Of a stretch of 64,000 nucleotides of DNA, positions 39,028 to 52,347 are shown one piece after another. The notes below the pieces were generated by a model that did not search any database, was not told the origin of the DNA, and was given only the letters and a program-made list of their open reading frames with translations. Location: contig CM074517.1 of NCBI GenBank assembly GCA_037379345.1, forward strand, positions 29,326,001 to 29,390,000, in the 5' to 3' direction. The translations under genes and the position numbers were made by a program. This DNA is from Perna viridis (taxonomy: Eukaryota). The stretch's first letter is position 1. Each line of letters begins with the position of its first letter.

Positions 39028-41087
39028 CATACTTTATCCAATTCTTTAATAAAGTGTTTCTTTTGCTTCTTGTATAAAATATATTAAATCATTCCAATCA
39101 AGGTAAGTAAATCTGTACAACCCTGAGTTGCAGTGGAATCCCCCTTTTTTGTTGTAAGTAGTGGTAAGTTTTAATACATTTATTTTTGTGTTCTTATTTT
39201 ATCATCCCTTGGTAATTTATATCACTATTACAAGTTATGCCAGTTTTTAGAAGGCTTGGGGGAAAGAGCCTTTTAGGTTTTTAGGCTGAAAATGGTCTGT
39301 TAAGATTTGAAAATTTTGTATGGAATCTTAAAGAATTCTCCCATGAAGACTACTCAAATTTCTTTTTTAACCACTGGTTATGCCTTTATAACAAATGGGT
39401 TACTGCTATTTTTAAAAAGGATCATGTTAACTGTTTCTTCATTCTCCTGTTTATAATTGATTTCAGCGGTGTAAGCATTTTCAATTGTACAAAGATACTG
39501 TTATGATCTCTTAAAGACCACATGTATCTTCAATCCACTGAAAAGTGTATTTCTAGAATAATTTGTGTCAATATTTTGAATGTTATGATGAAAAAGCTAT
39601 GAAAAGTCATTGTTCATATACTTTATAGCAAGTAATACATTTAACTTTTGGAGATAATGTTGGTCTTCCATCGATTGAATGACCATTACCTGATGAACAT
39701 AGGTTCAGATACCTGTGGAATAATAGATAGTTTAAATTTTCTTGGCAAATGTCCATTTAACTCTCTGACAGAGTTCTTCAGGTGGTTGTTATATAATCAA
39801 GTGAAGACCAATTAACTTTATCCCTGTGAACATCATCATTGTATGTGCTGTAATATATCTCCCTTAAAAAATTAATAAAACAAATGGTCAACTTAAAAAT
39901 CTACATTACTGTTTGTTTCTAATTTTGAGTTCTGGGCAGTTTTATTACTTGTAGGACCAGCTGAAAAAATATTCACAAATGATTTAAAAAGAAAATCCTA
40001 TTAATGAAAACAGTTAGGGCATGCATTATAATTTAAAGTGGGAGTTATTTGTTGTATGAGATTGGCATGTACCCCCCTTTCTGCAACAGAAGACAAGTTT
40101 TTCTTTGAACTATACTGAATAGGGGCTGATTAATCATTACTTTTTCAGATGCATGGTTGTCTTGAAGGGAGGTTATCAAGGTATTCGGTATTGTGTCGTA
40201 CTATTCATTTGATTTGCCGAATTGATTGAAAAAGTAGATTATGTGGTCTTCAGACTTTTTGTAGATCATCAAACACCGTTGAGAAAAATCAGCATTTACA
40301 TACAATGAATACATTTTTTATTGAGCTCATTATCAACTTGTATAACTAATGAAAGATGTATAATATACAAACTTCATGTTTGAAATTTAAAAGGCGCAAG
40401 AAAAATATCTAGGTGTTTTGTCAAGGCAGGTTACACCCTGTTTCATATGAAAATAGGAACCAGTCTAAAGGTTTTGAAGGCATAAGAACTCTGTAATCGT
40501 ACTTGTAGAAATATTAGTTACACTGCAGAAAAGCAAGTTTTTATGACTGTTGTATATGCTTCTTTAAAATATGATGTTAGATATTCAGCAAATAGAAATA
40601 TTTCATGAAATATTTGAACAACTCATTAGAACACAAGATCTTGTAACCTACAAAACAACACTTGCATATTGTCACTAGCTAGAGTTCTTAGAACAAAGTT
40701 ATGAGTCTTTCTGGTATATAAATCAGATTAGATGCTAGTGCACCAATTTAATTTGATATTTTCATCAAAACGAAAACCAATTTCTGGTATTTTTTTCATT
40801 GTATCTTTTATGGACTGAGAAAACACTCTGAACAAGTTCTACTCAGCATAATGATTACACAGCTTTATTATCATTGAAGCCCAACTTGCACTTTCATTGC
40901 ATATCCCAATTCTTCATGATATATTATATAGAAATAAATTTGTATTTATTTAGATACTGAACTGCCATGGCTGCCAATCAGGTACACAGTCATGTGACCT
41001 GTTTTAGATCATCACATTCCAGCATCTAAATATACAAATAATCGTTCAGTTCTTTCATGTTTTGTATCACATGATTTTCTTTTCCAG

Positions 41088-41216
41088 GTGTTAGAAAGGC
41101 TGCAGTAGATGATCAGTTGAGGACACATGTCGACTTGTTTATACAAAATAATATCAATACTGTTACTGCCTGTAAGAAGTTCTATGGTCTACCTACAGTC
41201 AAGGTTGAAATCATAG
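41088..41216 (+). CDS. IVNS1ABP: IVNS1ABP coding exon 3, BACK domain (VRKAAVDDQLRTHVDLFIQNNI...FYGLPTVKVEII), 129 nt
   Basis: Manual translation; VDxxIQ...FxxLPxxKxE resembles NS1-BP BACK; TTCCAG acceptor; phase 1-1. Confidence 0.88.
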
Positions 41217-41359
41217 GTTGGTACATGTAGTACTTTTTGAGAATTCTCTTTATTATACTGTAGTCGTATTATTTTCGTGGTGCTAATTTTTGCGGTTTCT
41301 GTCAATTTGACATATTTGTGGGTATCAGTTTCCTTGGTTTAAAAAAATGATTAAAAAAA

Positions 41360-41623
41360 TCTTTCCTCTTTTGCTACCCAGCACTTGACTTTTTATGAGT
41401 AACTTGGCAGTGTTTCTAGAAAAGCAGAGGACACTTACCCTGCTGTTGCACTTGGTTCAGTTTTTAGTGGAGTCCGAGTTTCTCATTTACTTTGTTACTT
41501 TGTACGTGTTATTTTGCTTACTTTATGTTCTCTGTTGTTTGTGTCTATTCTCCGTGTCTGGTCTTCGTCCCTGGATTACATTCTTTTGATTTCCGCTAGA
41601 ATCTTGGTTCCCTTGATTACTCT
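41360..41623 (+). mobile_element. Penelope-like 3' UTR fragment, apparently inside a TA-CTG MITE remnant
   Basis: Colinear with ~60222-60495; same terminus. Confidence 0.8.
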
Positions 41624-42385
41624 TACATATTGCTATTACTCTATTTTGTAGGTAAAATTTTTCAAGCTTTTCAGTCCACTGCAAAATTAGTACTCTGCAA
41701 AAATTAATATATTTAAAGTATCTCATCTTACTGGAATCATAACTGGTGAAAGCAGGTCTAGATACCATTTGACTTTATTTGTCTGTCTCTCTGTCGTGCT
41801 TAGGGGTTCCTACTTTGCTATTTAGTGTATTCTGTAACTCTGTAAGTATAGGGCTGCATAAGGTAGTGTTGCCGAGCTGAGCATTTTGAAATTGGATCAC
41901 CATTGACATGCATGTTAACCAAATTTAATGAAAATCTGACTCCACTTATATAGAAGAAGGCAAAACATAACCTAAGGCATGACTGAAGGACAACTTGACT
42001 GATAAATGCACTTACATATGTACTGGCATATTGTTTGCAGGTTCAATGAGAATAACAATTTGCCAACATTTGTGCTATCAAGTTGATAAATGTAATATTA
42101 TATAAAATGCTTATTCTGACTTGGCATTGACATCAATAAATATAGAAATGTTTTGAAGAGTAATAATAGAATGCCTGAAAAAAAACCTGCGAAAAAAACA
42201 CCATAGTGGTCTCAAGGATGCAATGCTTGCCTTGAGTGTTGGAGGTCGTGTTTAATCACCAGACTTGCCATAGTATCAGCAATACACTTAGAGTCAATTA
42301 AAAAGTCAGTGTTTGGAATTGCATACCTGTAAATGTTTATTATCAAAGACCTTCTATGTATATTTGAATTGCTTTACTTTGAAAG

Positions 42386-42504
42386 GTGCAGAAGGAGATT
42401 TGATAGTTCCCAGTAACAGTCGTCATCTGTTGGAGCTGACTTTGAACTGGGCCAGAGAGAATATTAATACCCAGAAACCAAGGCTGGATGACCTTACAGA
42501 ACAG
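42386..42504 (+). CDS. IVNS1ABP: IVNS1ABP coding exon 4 (AEGDLIVPSNSRHLLELTLNWARENI...LDDLTEQ), 119 nt
   Basis: PSN...NW...LxxLxE pattern of NS1-BP; phase 1-0. Confidence 0.87.
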
Positions 42505-42937
42505 GTGAAATGATTATTTGTAGTTTATATTTTTAGACTTAATATCTTTACATGTATGATACTATTTCTTATGAGTTAGTCATTTTTGGCCGAACAACAT
42601 ATTATTTTTTGCAAATTTTCAACTCCTTAAAGGAGAGAATTACCATGTAAATAACAACTCTGTCATATTTTTCAATTTCAAAACGTAGCAATAATTTCCT
42701 AGTTGACAATATTGAGAGGATAAAATACAGGCATTAAAATATGAAATTTTAAAGCATCAGTGTATCGGTATGAAATTTAAACTATTAGAAATTTTAGTTG
42801 GTGATGAAATTTATAGCTTTTGTGTCATATTGGATACTTTTAAAAGACTTGTGGTTTGACAATATTCAATGCTATGTCATTTTAAACATGTGTTGAGTAG
42901 CCAATATATCGATAAGTATTACTTCTCGTTTACTTGA

Positions 42938-43292
42938 TAAAGTGTCAGTCTCGGTAAGAGTCAGGCAGTGAATAAAAAAATGTATGGGAAAAAAATCACC
43001 TTTATGGAAAAAGGTGAAGATTTTCATAATATTTTGATAAGTTGTGTTATAATTTCATTGAGATGCCCTGAAAATTATCATTTCAAGGGCAGATAACTGT
43101 CAAAAACCTCATACTTCTAATATTCTATTGAAAATTTTCTGAGCGAATCCAGTGGTGAGGAGATCCAATAATAATTTTTTCAAAAAGCGAAAGCATCCTT
43201 GAATGAAATTACATTGTCAGATCAGTGATTTTTGACATGCATGTTTCTGATTTTTCCCATTTTGACTGATTCTTACAAATACTTACACTTGA
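42938..43292 (+). mobile_element. MITE family C copy
   Basis: TIRs and internal similarity to 23964-24287. Confidence 0.8.
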
Positions 43293-43360
43293 CAGGCTAT
43301 TGTAAATTAAATTGATATGGTCAGGTAATTGATTCATGATATGTTTAATTTTAACGATAG

Positions 43361-43477
43361 GTGAACATTCTGTACTTGAACAAAGATAACACATTGACAG
43401 ACTGCATTAATATAGACGATGAGAGAACTAAGGAGGATGGTGAAGTTCATGATTATAAAATTATCAAAAAAAGACAT
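43361..43477 (+). CDS. IVNS1ABP: IVNS1ABP coding exon 5 (VNILYLNKDNTLTDCINIDDERTKEDGEVHDYKIIKKRH), 117 nt
   Basis: VxxLYxxxDxxLxD pattern; TAG/GTATGT sites; phase 0-0. Confidence 0.86.
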
Positions 43478-44216
43478 GTATGTATATTATAGGAATAAAA
43501 ATGATGTTAGATGAGTTCATCATTGTACAAATGAGACCAACTCAATCACTAATTGAAGCTCAAAGGGCTGCATATAGAGTTTGTGAGTGAATAATCATGT
43601 TTATTCACCAATGAATTTCTGGACTACTTTCATTCCATATAATTCCCCAATTTTTTTAAAGGGTTGTATATAAAGTTTTGAATTGAGATAACGAGTTCAT
43701 ACACTGATAAATTACCTATGCTCCTGATAATTCTTTGAAGTTGTTTATTTCATTTGAATATATTTGACATTTTACTGTATCATGAATTCATAAACAATAA
43801 TAGTCAGACAGTCAAAATCTACATAACAGTTAGTACTGGAAATTAAAACATTTGAAGCTAATGAAAACAAATTTTGTGTAGTGAATGTTCTTATAGCAGG
43901 TTGAATGGTTCAAAATGCAATTAAATTTTTGGGAAAATTTTCAGGTCTTGATTTAGTCTATATAGGTTTTCTTTTCCCTCTGTCTCAAGATGTTAGTTCA
44001 AATTGGCTACTATATTCAAATTATAACCCAAACTTTTAAGTATCTGGTCACTGAAACTACTGTAGAAATTAGCAATGTATAATTTTATTTCAGAAGTAAC
44101 ATGGTTTCTGATTGTATCAAAAATTTTGTTTATCATCTCATAGACCAAATTTTGTAATGACTGTAAAGTCATCAAATTTTTTAATGATTTTGAATTTTGG
44201 TACTTACATTAAATTA

Positions 44217-44371
44217 TAAGGAATGACTGTTATATTTTTAAGGTCTTTTTGATATAACCTCAATGCCTGTGGTGCACACTTTAAAATATACTGCTACGTA
44301 GGTTATTTAGTGTGCACCATCTAAATGAGGATATTTCTTCATAGACCAAAAAATATAATAGTCATTCCTTA
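44217..44371. mobile_element. 155 bp MITE
   Basis: TIR TAAGGAATGACT(G/A)TTATATTTTT. Confidence 0.7.
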
Positions 44372-44545
44372 AATAATTTATAAGTCACTTGAATGGAACC
44401 GTGTTTGATATTATAATGTCCTAATGTGCTGCTATTGCAAATCAAAAGTTTTGTTTTTGTCTTGATGAAATTCATTACATAAATGCAATTAATTTATCCA
44501 TTATTTCACCATTTTGAAAGCAACCTATCTGAATATTATCTTCAG

Positions 44546-44912
44546 AGCAACCCCATGAAAGGCTTTGAGACTTCACCAAAGGGTCCTTTAGCTGGGAATG
44601 TAAAAGTGTTCAGTATTAACCCAGAAAACCCTGTAGACCCAAAAGAATGGACAGTGATAGCCAGCTGTCAGACAGAAAAGAAAACTTTTATGTCACTGTG
44701 TATGCTAAATGGTGACTTAGCTGTTTTATTGATACACTGTCGTAAAACAGCTAGTCAGAGTCCTTCAGACAGTGGTTCAGAAGCCCCAGATTCACCAACT
44801 GGTAACCCTGAATCTTTTGAGAGGTCTGTGTCCTTGACCCCTTTAGCGACCATGACATCACCCAGATGTGGTTTTGGGCTCACTGTTGTTTCTGGAAAGC
44901 TGTTTGCCTGTG
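44546..44912 (+). CDS. IVNS1ABP: IVNS1ABP coding exon 6, intervening region and start of Kelch 1 (EWTVIAS...LNGDLAVL...MTSPRCGFGL...LFAC), 367 nt
   Basis: EWxxxAS motif of the NS1-BP intervening region; CAG/GTAAGT sites; phase 0-1. Confidence 0.92.
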
Positions 44913-45281
44913 GTAAGTTTTATTTGTTTATAAATTGAGTCACTGACTTAAAGTTTGTTTCATCATATTTGTTGTTATTGTCTATAAACACTTTGCTGTT
45001 GTGGGAGAACTTGAATATTAGTTGGAGGATCTTTATAATACAGTTCCATACTACAGAATGATGATTGGGGTCAGGATCTTTATTTAATTGTACCACAAGA
45101 TTCAAATTTATAACCACAAAAAGGAGTTTTTTTTTCAATAACATACTTGGTATAAATGGCCATAACCATTATAGAACTATGGGCCAAAAATAGGTCAGAA
45201 GTAACCATGTTCCTAAATCTTGTATAAATTGCTTGCAGTATTTCTTATATGTAATTGCACATTTTAAATATTTCATTTTAG

Positions 45282-45527
45282 GTGGCTATGACAGAGGAGA
45301 ATGTATGGACTCCACAGAATTTTATGATCCAAAGACTAACAAGTGGATATCTGCTAGTAATATGTCTGTTCATAGAGGGCGTTTCAACATCGAAAGTGTA
45401 AATGGCATTGTGTATGCTGTCGGAGGTTCTAATGGACAAGTTGAACAAAGATCTGTTGAATGTTATAGCCCAGACAATAACAAGTGGACAACTGTTTGTA
45501 AAGTGGAAAAAGCTAAAACTTCTCAAG
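45282..45527 (+). CDS. IVNS1ABP: IVNS1ABP coding exon 7, Kelch repeats (GGYDRGECMDSTEFYDP...RGRF...YAVGGSNG), 246 nt
   Basis: GGYxRxEC and YxVGGSNG motifs typical of NS1-BP; phase 1-1. Confidence 0.95.
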
Positions 45528-47295
45528 GTATTCATTGCTTTAAATATTTGTTACAAAAGGGATTCTATTAGTCAAATTAGTAGTGGTTTTTCATTTAAAA
45601 TATATAAAGGAGGGGAATTTATTTCTAATTAAATTAGTATAAACCATGTTTGGGTATTTATGGCAGTTTTGAATATTTTATCATGGAACTACATGTATAT
45701 GATATGAACTAGTGATATGAAAATTTGTCGTCTTGATTATGACGAATAGTCAGTAAAATCAGATTGGTCAAAAGCACTGTTGTGACATTTCTTACTTTAT
45801 TCTGCCCAAACAACAGGTGATGTGATAGATGGACAATGGCTAAAATTTTCATCATAATAGGTGCCTTATGTCAAGCATCAAATATTCCAGAGGAGTCATA
45901 GAGAAAAGGGTTTTAGAACTCGTGAAATTTGAAAATTGCATAATATCAACTTTCACTATTTAATTTCAACATCATAATAATTAACACTGAACATCCTTAT
46001 GTTTTTTGCACAGTCTTTCAGGTTTCAATTTAAAGGTCACCATAATTGACGGCCATATGAACTTGAAAGACTATGTTCAAAATATCACACAAGTGTACAA
46101 TGATGATAAAGTAGGACATGTTGGTATAATGTTGGACAAAATTCTACTTTGAAAACTAGATTAAATGTCTCAAAAGCCTAAATAAATTTGGAATGTGATA
46201 CTGGTTCAATTCAATTTTGCAATGAAGATAAGTACAAAAAATTCAATTGGTTTATAAATTATAACAACAGACTGGAATGTTTTTAGTCCAAAAAAAAAAA
46301 AAAAAAAAATAATTCCTTGTGTATTTCTCCAAAAACTGCGTTTTGGATAAATGCCTGTGACTTAAGAGTGTAATTTTAATGTTTTCAATGAAAAACACGA
46401 TTTTGTCAGATAAAAAATGCCATATGAATATTTTTGACATTTTAAAAGTCATGGCTTAGCCTAGGTCAAGTACCCCTATGCCAATCTGGCAATGTCTTTC
46501 TGTAGTGGGTTTGGTGACTCTGTATCCTAGTCCATCTCCATTTTGCCTCTGTGGCCTCTTGTTGATCACTCCCATATTAATGGGTACTGTTAGATGATTA
46601 TTGAATTTTTGTCACCAATAACCATCTTACAAAACCTCATCAACATGAGAAAGTATAAACTGCTCACAACTCTAGACAGCTGATGGACTGAGAAAGTGTA
46701 TCCTGCTCATCACTCTATCCTGGAACAGCACTGAAAATTAATAATAAAAATAACAGTAATCTGAATACATTTTGTTGAATATTTAGTTCTTCTATTATGG
46801 CTGTGTAATTTGTCCAAACTTCTTTTGTGCTGAAGAATTAAATGGTTAACAAAAGTTCAATAATGCATTGAAACTTATATATGGTGACTTAAATAGATGT
46901 CTTGTTAAGAATGTTTGCTGGTCATGTCAGATTCGCTGACTCCTTTGGATTTATCCATTTCATAACTTTAATATTTTTGCCCTGTAACCCCCACTTTTCT
47001 TCTCATAATTCCATTAAACACACCTTAAAATGTCATTTGGGAAGTTTCATGAAATCCTCATTGTTTCTTCAGTATTTTTAATTGTTAGAATTTACTAGAA
47101 CAGAACCTCTAGAGAAATCCTTTTCCCACCAAAATTTCAAATACATAATCTAAAAAAAAGAGCATGCTGACTAATCTATTTTTTCTTCTTATATGGTTCT
47201 GGCATGAAAGGTCTTAAATGATTTTACAACTCTTTGAAGCCCTTGTTATTCTTAATTAGAGTAGCAAACATCCTTAGGACAGGTTTCATGGTACC

Positions 47296-47502
47296 TGAAG
47301 GAGGTAGACCTAGGATGAGGAATGTAACTCTTGAAATTGGTGATATATTTGTATCTCATTTAATTTCACCAGCCTATCAAGCTTCCATTTGAAACAGAAT
47401 GAAATCAGTCCAAGTTACTTTGGTGCTTACATGAGATTGATGTATAATGATGAATAAAAACGTTACAATGATTTGTAAGAGGTGTGTCCTTAAAACTAGA
47501 TC
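47296..47502 (-). mobile_element. MITE family B copy 3 (decayed, inverted)
   Basis: Reverse complement colinear with 9075-9295. Confidence 0.75.
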
Positions 47503-49752
47503 AAATTGTAGATAATAATCTTTGCAGCTGGTCAGTTTTTGTTCATCCTTAATTTGATCATTTGTTCTTTTTCTTGATTATATTGAAAGTTTAATTTTAT
47601 GGTTTATTATGTTAACTACTGAAATTAAAAGTAATCTCTTGGTTCTAGGTTAAATATTGTAATTTACAAAATAAGGAAAACCTTAGAAACTGGTTTCTGA
47701 ATATTTTTAGACTTGTGCAGGAAAGGTTTATTTTTTCAAACGAAGATTATCAGATGAAAAAGAGATTTCCAACACGAACACTAAATTTCTTTTTAAAATG
47801 AACAGTGTCAAAATTCTTAAGACATTAAACAAATAATTGAACAATATCCTGAGGTTAAAATTGAAAATTTGGTTAAAAAAACAAAATCAATTTGAAAAGA
47901 ATTAGGAACAAATCTTCAGTAAAATTATGAAGAGGAAATCTTCAGTGCATTTATAAATATTTGAAACAAGATGCAATATTGACTTACCTCCCTTCTCGAA
48001 GTTCAATGAGATATGGTTCATCTAGAAATCCAGGCATGTATTTAAGGAGAGAGGTGTTAATCATAGATTTTACCTCATCACAGGATAGTGCTAATTTTGA
48101 CAGGTGAAATTTAAAGGTGTTAAAAGATGACATTTTGGTGACATTTAAATTTTATGAAAATGATTTGTGGAATTGATCTGTTAAATATATTATTGGATTA
48201 AAAGTATGTGTGTTAGCCAAAGCTATTGACCAAGTAATTCTTTGTCTTCTGATTTTATATCATAATTTCAGATATATATTGTTGACCGTATTTTTTTATA
48301 TATTAAATAGAGCCATGATTTTTAAACAACTGGAATAAAATTTGTGGTTATTTAATGGTATGGTTCAGACATTTGGTTTTTATTCGAATATTTGAATATT
48401 AGTTGGCTGACCTTTTATCATAAAATTGTATATGGAGGTTCCCAACTACAAACAAAAGGTTGTTTAGGGGATATGGATCCCAACCATTGTAGAATTAGGG
48501 GCAAAAAGGGACCAAAAACATACATTTTATTGAATTTAACTAGAAAAATCCAGTAAAAGCATGGGAATGTCTTAAGATATTCTTAATTTCAGTGGTTGTG
48601 ACTTGAGCTAAGTTAGAATAAGGGGTTTAAAAGGGGCCAGAAGCCAGTATTTTTTTCTGATTTCTGGATAATAGCTTCAGTGAAAGGGAATGAATCTCTC
48701 TGAAATTGTACCATAAGGTGTCATACCTACAAAGGAAGGTTTGGATTGATTTTAGAGGTTTCAACTGTAACCATTTTGGAATAAGGAGCCTAATTGATTT
48801 TGGTCATATTCTCATCCTGCATCAAAAATCTAATTTTCTAGGATCTTCAGGTTAGGGGTGTAAAAAGCTAAGAAAGGGAAGCACGAAAATTTTGAAGGGT
48901 AATATTTATGAAAAATCAAGATATTTTGTTCGAAGAAAAAATCACATTATAAGGGGGCTTATGCCGGGCACACCTTTTCTTAAATCTGCACCACATCCAT
49001 GTTTTCACAGAATGTTTTCTTTCTGTTGTCCTGGTTAGGAAATATCAATGTACCCCTTAATAGATTCATAGTCAAGACTTGGAAATGTTTAACAAGCATA
49101 GTAATAATCATTAAACATTATAGACAGCGGCTAATAAAGGATATCAAATCCTTCTGCTGACATTTTTTTACCTCCCCTTTCAACAAAATGGTTTTTTCTC
49201 CGGTCAGTCTGTCTAGTAAATTAGGTTGTTTTCATGAAATGAAAATGAATAGCATTTACCAGGACTTTGTGATTTTTTATGGTTTTTCATCATAAAACAA
49301 AAGGCATTTTATATAGGCAGTACGGAAATAAGTATAAAATGAATATCTTGCTTTTGTATCTTATCTTTTCTGCCAAAGTCAGTGTAAAAGTTAACTATTG
49401 TGGGATGCCAACTTTTTGGATTTCATGGGATCAGTTAAATACATAATCAGATCGTGTAAAAATAGCAAGATCTAATGGATTCTATAAAATGACAAAAATG
49501 TGTTAGACCAAAACAAATTACCTGGAAATGATATACTACATGGGGGTGTAAAATTTGGCATATTTGAGGCAAAAAGTATTAAAAAATATTGGTGTTTCTA
49601 ATTTGGCAAATGCTTATTTTTATACTGAGAGTAAATATTTTGTGGCATTTATCATGACCCACTGCTAAATTACACCTAAATTAGTACCATGTGGAAATGT
49701 ACGGTCTGGGTTCTTGCTCACTTCATTAATTTATTTTATCTTTTTTTTTCAG

Positions 49753-49878
49753 CTTTGATCAGTGTTGGTGGCAAGCTGTATTGTATTGGTGGTTGTGTGG
49801 GTCAGAACAGTGTGACTGACTGTGAAGTGTTTGATACAGAGACCAAAACTTGGTCCAAAATTGCACCGTTACCTACAG
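49753..49878 (+). CDS. IVNS1ABP: IVNS1ABP coding exon 8, Kelch repeat (LYCIGG...CEVFDTETKTWSKIAPL), 126 nt
   Basis: Kelch GG...W pattern; strong T-tract CAG acceptor; phase 1-1. Confidence 0.94.
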
Positions 49879-50730
49879 GTATCACATGGTTTGGAATTTT
49901 GATTACGGCCAAATTTTTATGATTTTTATACCACACAAAATGTAAATAAATGTAAATGGAAATTTATTTTGTATGTAAATAGTCCATTAATGGAACTAGT
50001 AGAATGTTGTAGAAAATAAATGTTCTTTGAGTAGAGGGTTAACTCCCTTTGCTTGAACTTATTAAACTGGTAAAACTTCCAAATTATGATTATGAAAGTG
50101 TGCTACTTTCCTTAGAGTTTTCTATCAAATATCTGATTTGAATATTTTATTTAAAATATTTTATTTTCATTTTTCCATGAAATTGATATACTTTGATACA
50201 AAAATTGGAGTTCCAAAATAATTGCCTTTATATAGACCAACCCTTCACTATATGAGAAGGCATTGTTTCTTTCATTTTTTTTTTCACAATATAAAGGAAG
50301 TTTGATGTTCTGTAATTTATTTCAGTTGATAACAAACATTCATATACAAATGTTGGAAGAAACGATTCAGCGACAAACTTGCATTTAATTTAATATATTG
50401 ATAACAGTGTTTTATCGAATGTTCCCTGTGAAATAAATTCTGTAATTTCACTCTTGGACTTTCTCCAGCCAAAACATCACAACTTTGAAACCAGTTCATA
50501 AAATTTGAAATTTATGTTGAAAATAGCAATGAATAATTGAGGAAATCTACCGGTATATAATTAATAGGATAATCAACTGGTTATTGTGAATAACCAAAAT
50601 ATGATCACTCATACCAAGAACACTGTAAGATTTAACATGTGCAGAGCAAGTTCTGCACACTCGTTAAATCTAGGCATTCTTCAGCACTCGTTAGTATTAT
50701 ATCTGTCTGCAAAATTGATTTTTTTTTCAG

Positions 50731-50904
50731 CTCGATACCAGATAGCTGTGAGTTACTTCCAAGGTTTTATCTATGCTATTGGTGGTACAGATGGATGGAA
50801 TTGTCTTGGGATTACAGAGATCTATGACATCAAGTCCAATAAATGGGTTGTGGGACCAAGTCTGAATGTCAATAGGAGAGGCGCTGGTTGTGATGTTTTA
50901 AATG
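50731..50904 (+). CDS. IVNS1ABP: IVNS1ABP coding exon 9, Kelch repeat (IYAIGGTDGWNCL...LNVNRRGAG), 174 nt
   Basis: WNCL and RRGAG motifs of NS1-BP; CAG/GTAAGA sites; phase 1-1. Confidence 0.95.
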
Positions 50905-51363
50905 GTAAGACTTTGATAGATGGATTTCCCAATGTAAATTTTCATTGGAATTTTGAAATGCCTATTTTGATTTTCACAAATGTTAAATTTAGCAAACTTT
51001 ACTTCTTTGTATACTAGTATATAGTGCATAATGTCTGTTGCAACTACCATATGGCTGTTATTTTGGCAGATGTAAATTTAGCGATTTTGAAACAGAAAGA
51101 TATATGAAAATTTTTGGCATTTCTAATTTTGACAGATGGAAAGTGCCCAGATTAAATATTTGCAGAATTTATTTTGGCATATTTAAATAGACCACTAAAA
51201 AACATCAAAGTAAGCATGCCATCAAAATTACCTGCTATATATGGTAACTTATTAGCTTGTCACTGGATTGCTGTTTGACCTTGTTAACCAGTTAATCTAC
51301 ACACAGGATTTTCACTTGTCTATATTTCATTTATATATTTGAAATAACAGAAGAAATTACTAT

Positions 51364-51734
51364 TTAATATGTCTGTCTGTGTAAGAATCAGGCAGTGGGT
51401 GAAACATGGTATAAAATAAACCCTTCATTTTGAAAAGTGTATTTTGACTTTTTGTACCATCAAATTCAAGGAAAGAAATACAACATTTTTCATAAATTGA
51501 GTTATAATTTCTTAAAATGAATATTTATAGGGCAGGTAACTCTCTCAAAAACATCATTTTTCTAACATTTTATTAAAAATTTCTGGGCAATTGCAGTAAT
51601 GCAGAGATCAAATAGTGACCTTTTCAAATTGAGAACCATCCTTGAGTGAAATTATATTGTCAGATCAGTGAGTTTTTAAGGTGAATGTCTAATTTTTCCC
51701 ATTTTGCCTGATGCTTTCAAAGACTTATACTTAA
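51364..51734 (+). mobile_element. MITE family C copy
   Basis: TIRs, TTAA at both ends, internal similarity. Confidence 0.8.
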
Positions 51735-51786
51735 TGATTGGGATCAAATACAAAAATATAATCATGTCCTTAAAGCAACATAACTA

Positions 51787-51993
51787 CTGTGAAAGTATAA
51801 TTGTTCATGGGGTACCAATTTTCATGGTTTTCATGGGTCTGGTAAACCATGAGATTTGGTTCCCAATGAAGAGGAAATTTCCCATTCGTTTGTGTGATAG
51901 AGTTTCAAATCCACGAATTCAAGAATCTGTAAACTGATACTTTTTCCCTAAATCATGAAAAATTGGTACCCACAAATAAAAGTACCTTCACAG
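51787..51993. mobile_element. TA-flanked MITE (CTGTGAA...TTCACAG)
   Basis: Imperfect TIR including GGGTACCAATTTT/AAAATTGGTACCC; TA TSD. Confidence 0.75.
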
Positions 51994-52066
51994 TAATGAA
52001 AGGAAAACATTTGTTATATTTTAGTGATATATCCTAGGATATACTGTATGGTACCATTTGTTTCAG

Positions 52067-52347
52067 GTAAATTGTATGTTGTTGGAGGAAGTGATGGATC
52101 ACACAGTCTTAAATCGTCAGAAATTTTGGAGAACAATTCATTCATACTTGGACCTCCAATGAGTATAGGCAGGGCCAATGTTAGTGTTGTGACTTTAAAC
52201 AATCGTCTTTTTGCCGTGGGAGGATTCAGTGGCAAAAAGTTTCTGGATACATTTGAATACTTGGACTCAAAAAATGATGAATGGAGTGGATACTGCCCAG
52301 CGAACAGCAATAACCAGGCCAGACAAGAGAGTGGAAATTCAAGTTAA
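52067..52347 (+). CDS. IVNS1ABP: IVNS1ABP last coding exon, Kelch repeats 5-6 and TAA stop, 281 nt
   Basis: GGSDGSH...RAN...AVGGFSGKKFLDTFE; spliced CDS totals 2025 nt (674 aa) in one frame. Confidence 0.95.

Noticed and set aside
39688-39716. Hammerhead ribozyme around CTGATGA
   Set aside because: No GAAA core with the three flanking stems; the same holds for CTGATGA at ~7445 and 17421.
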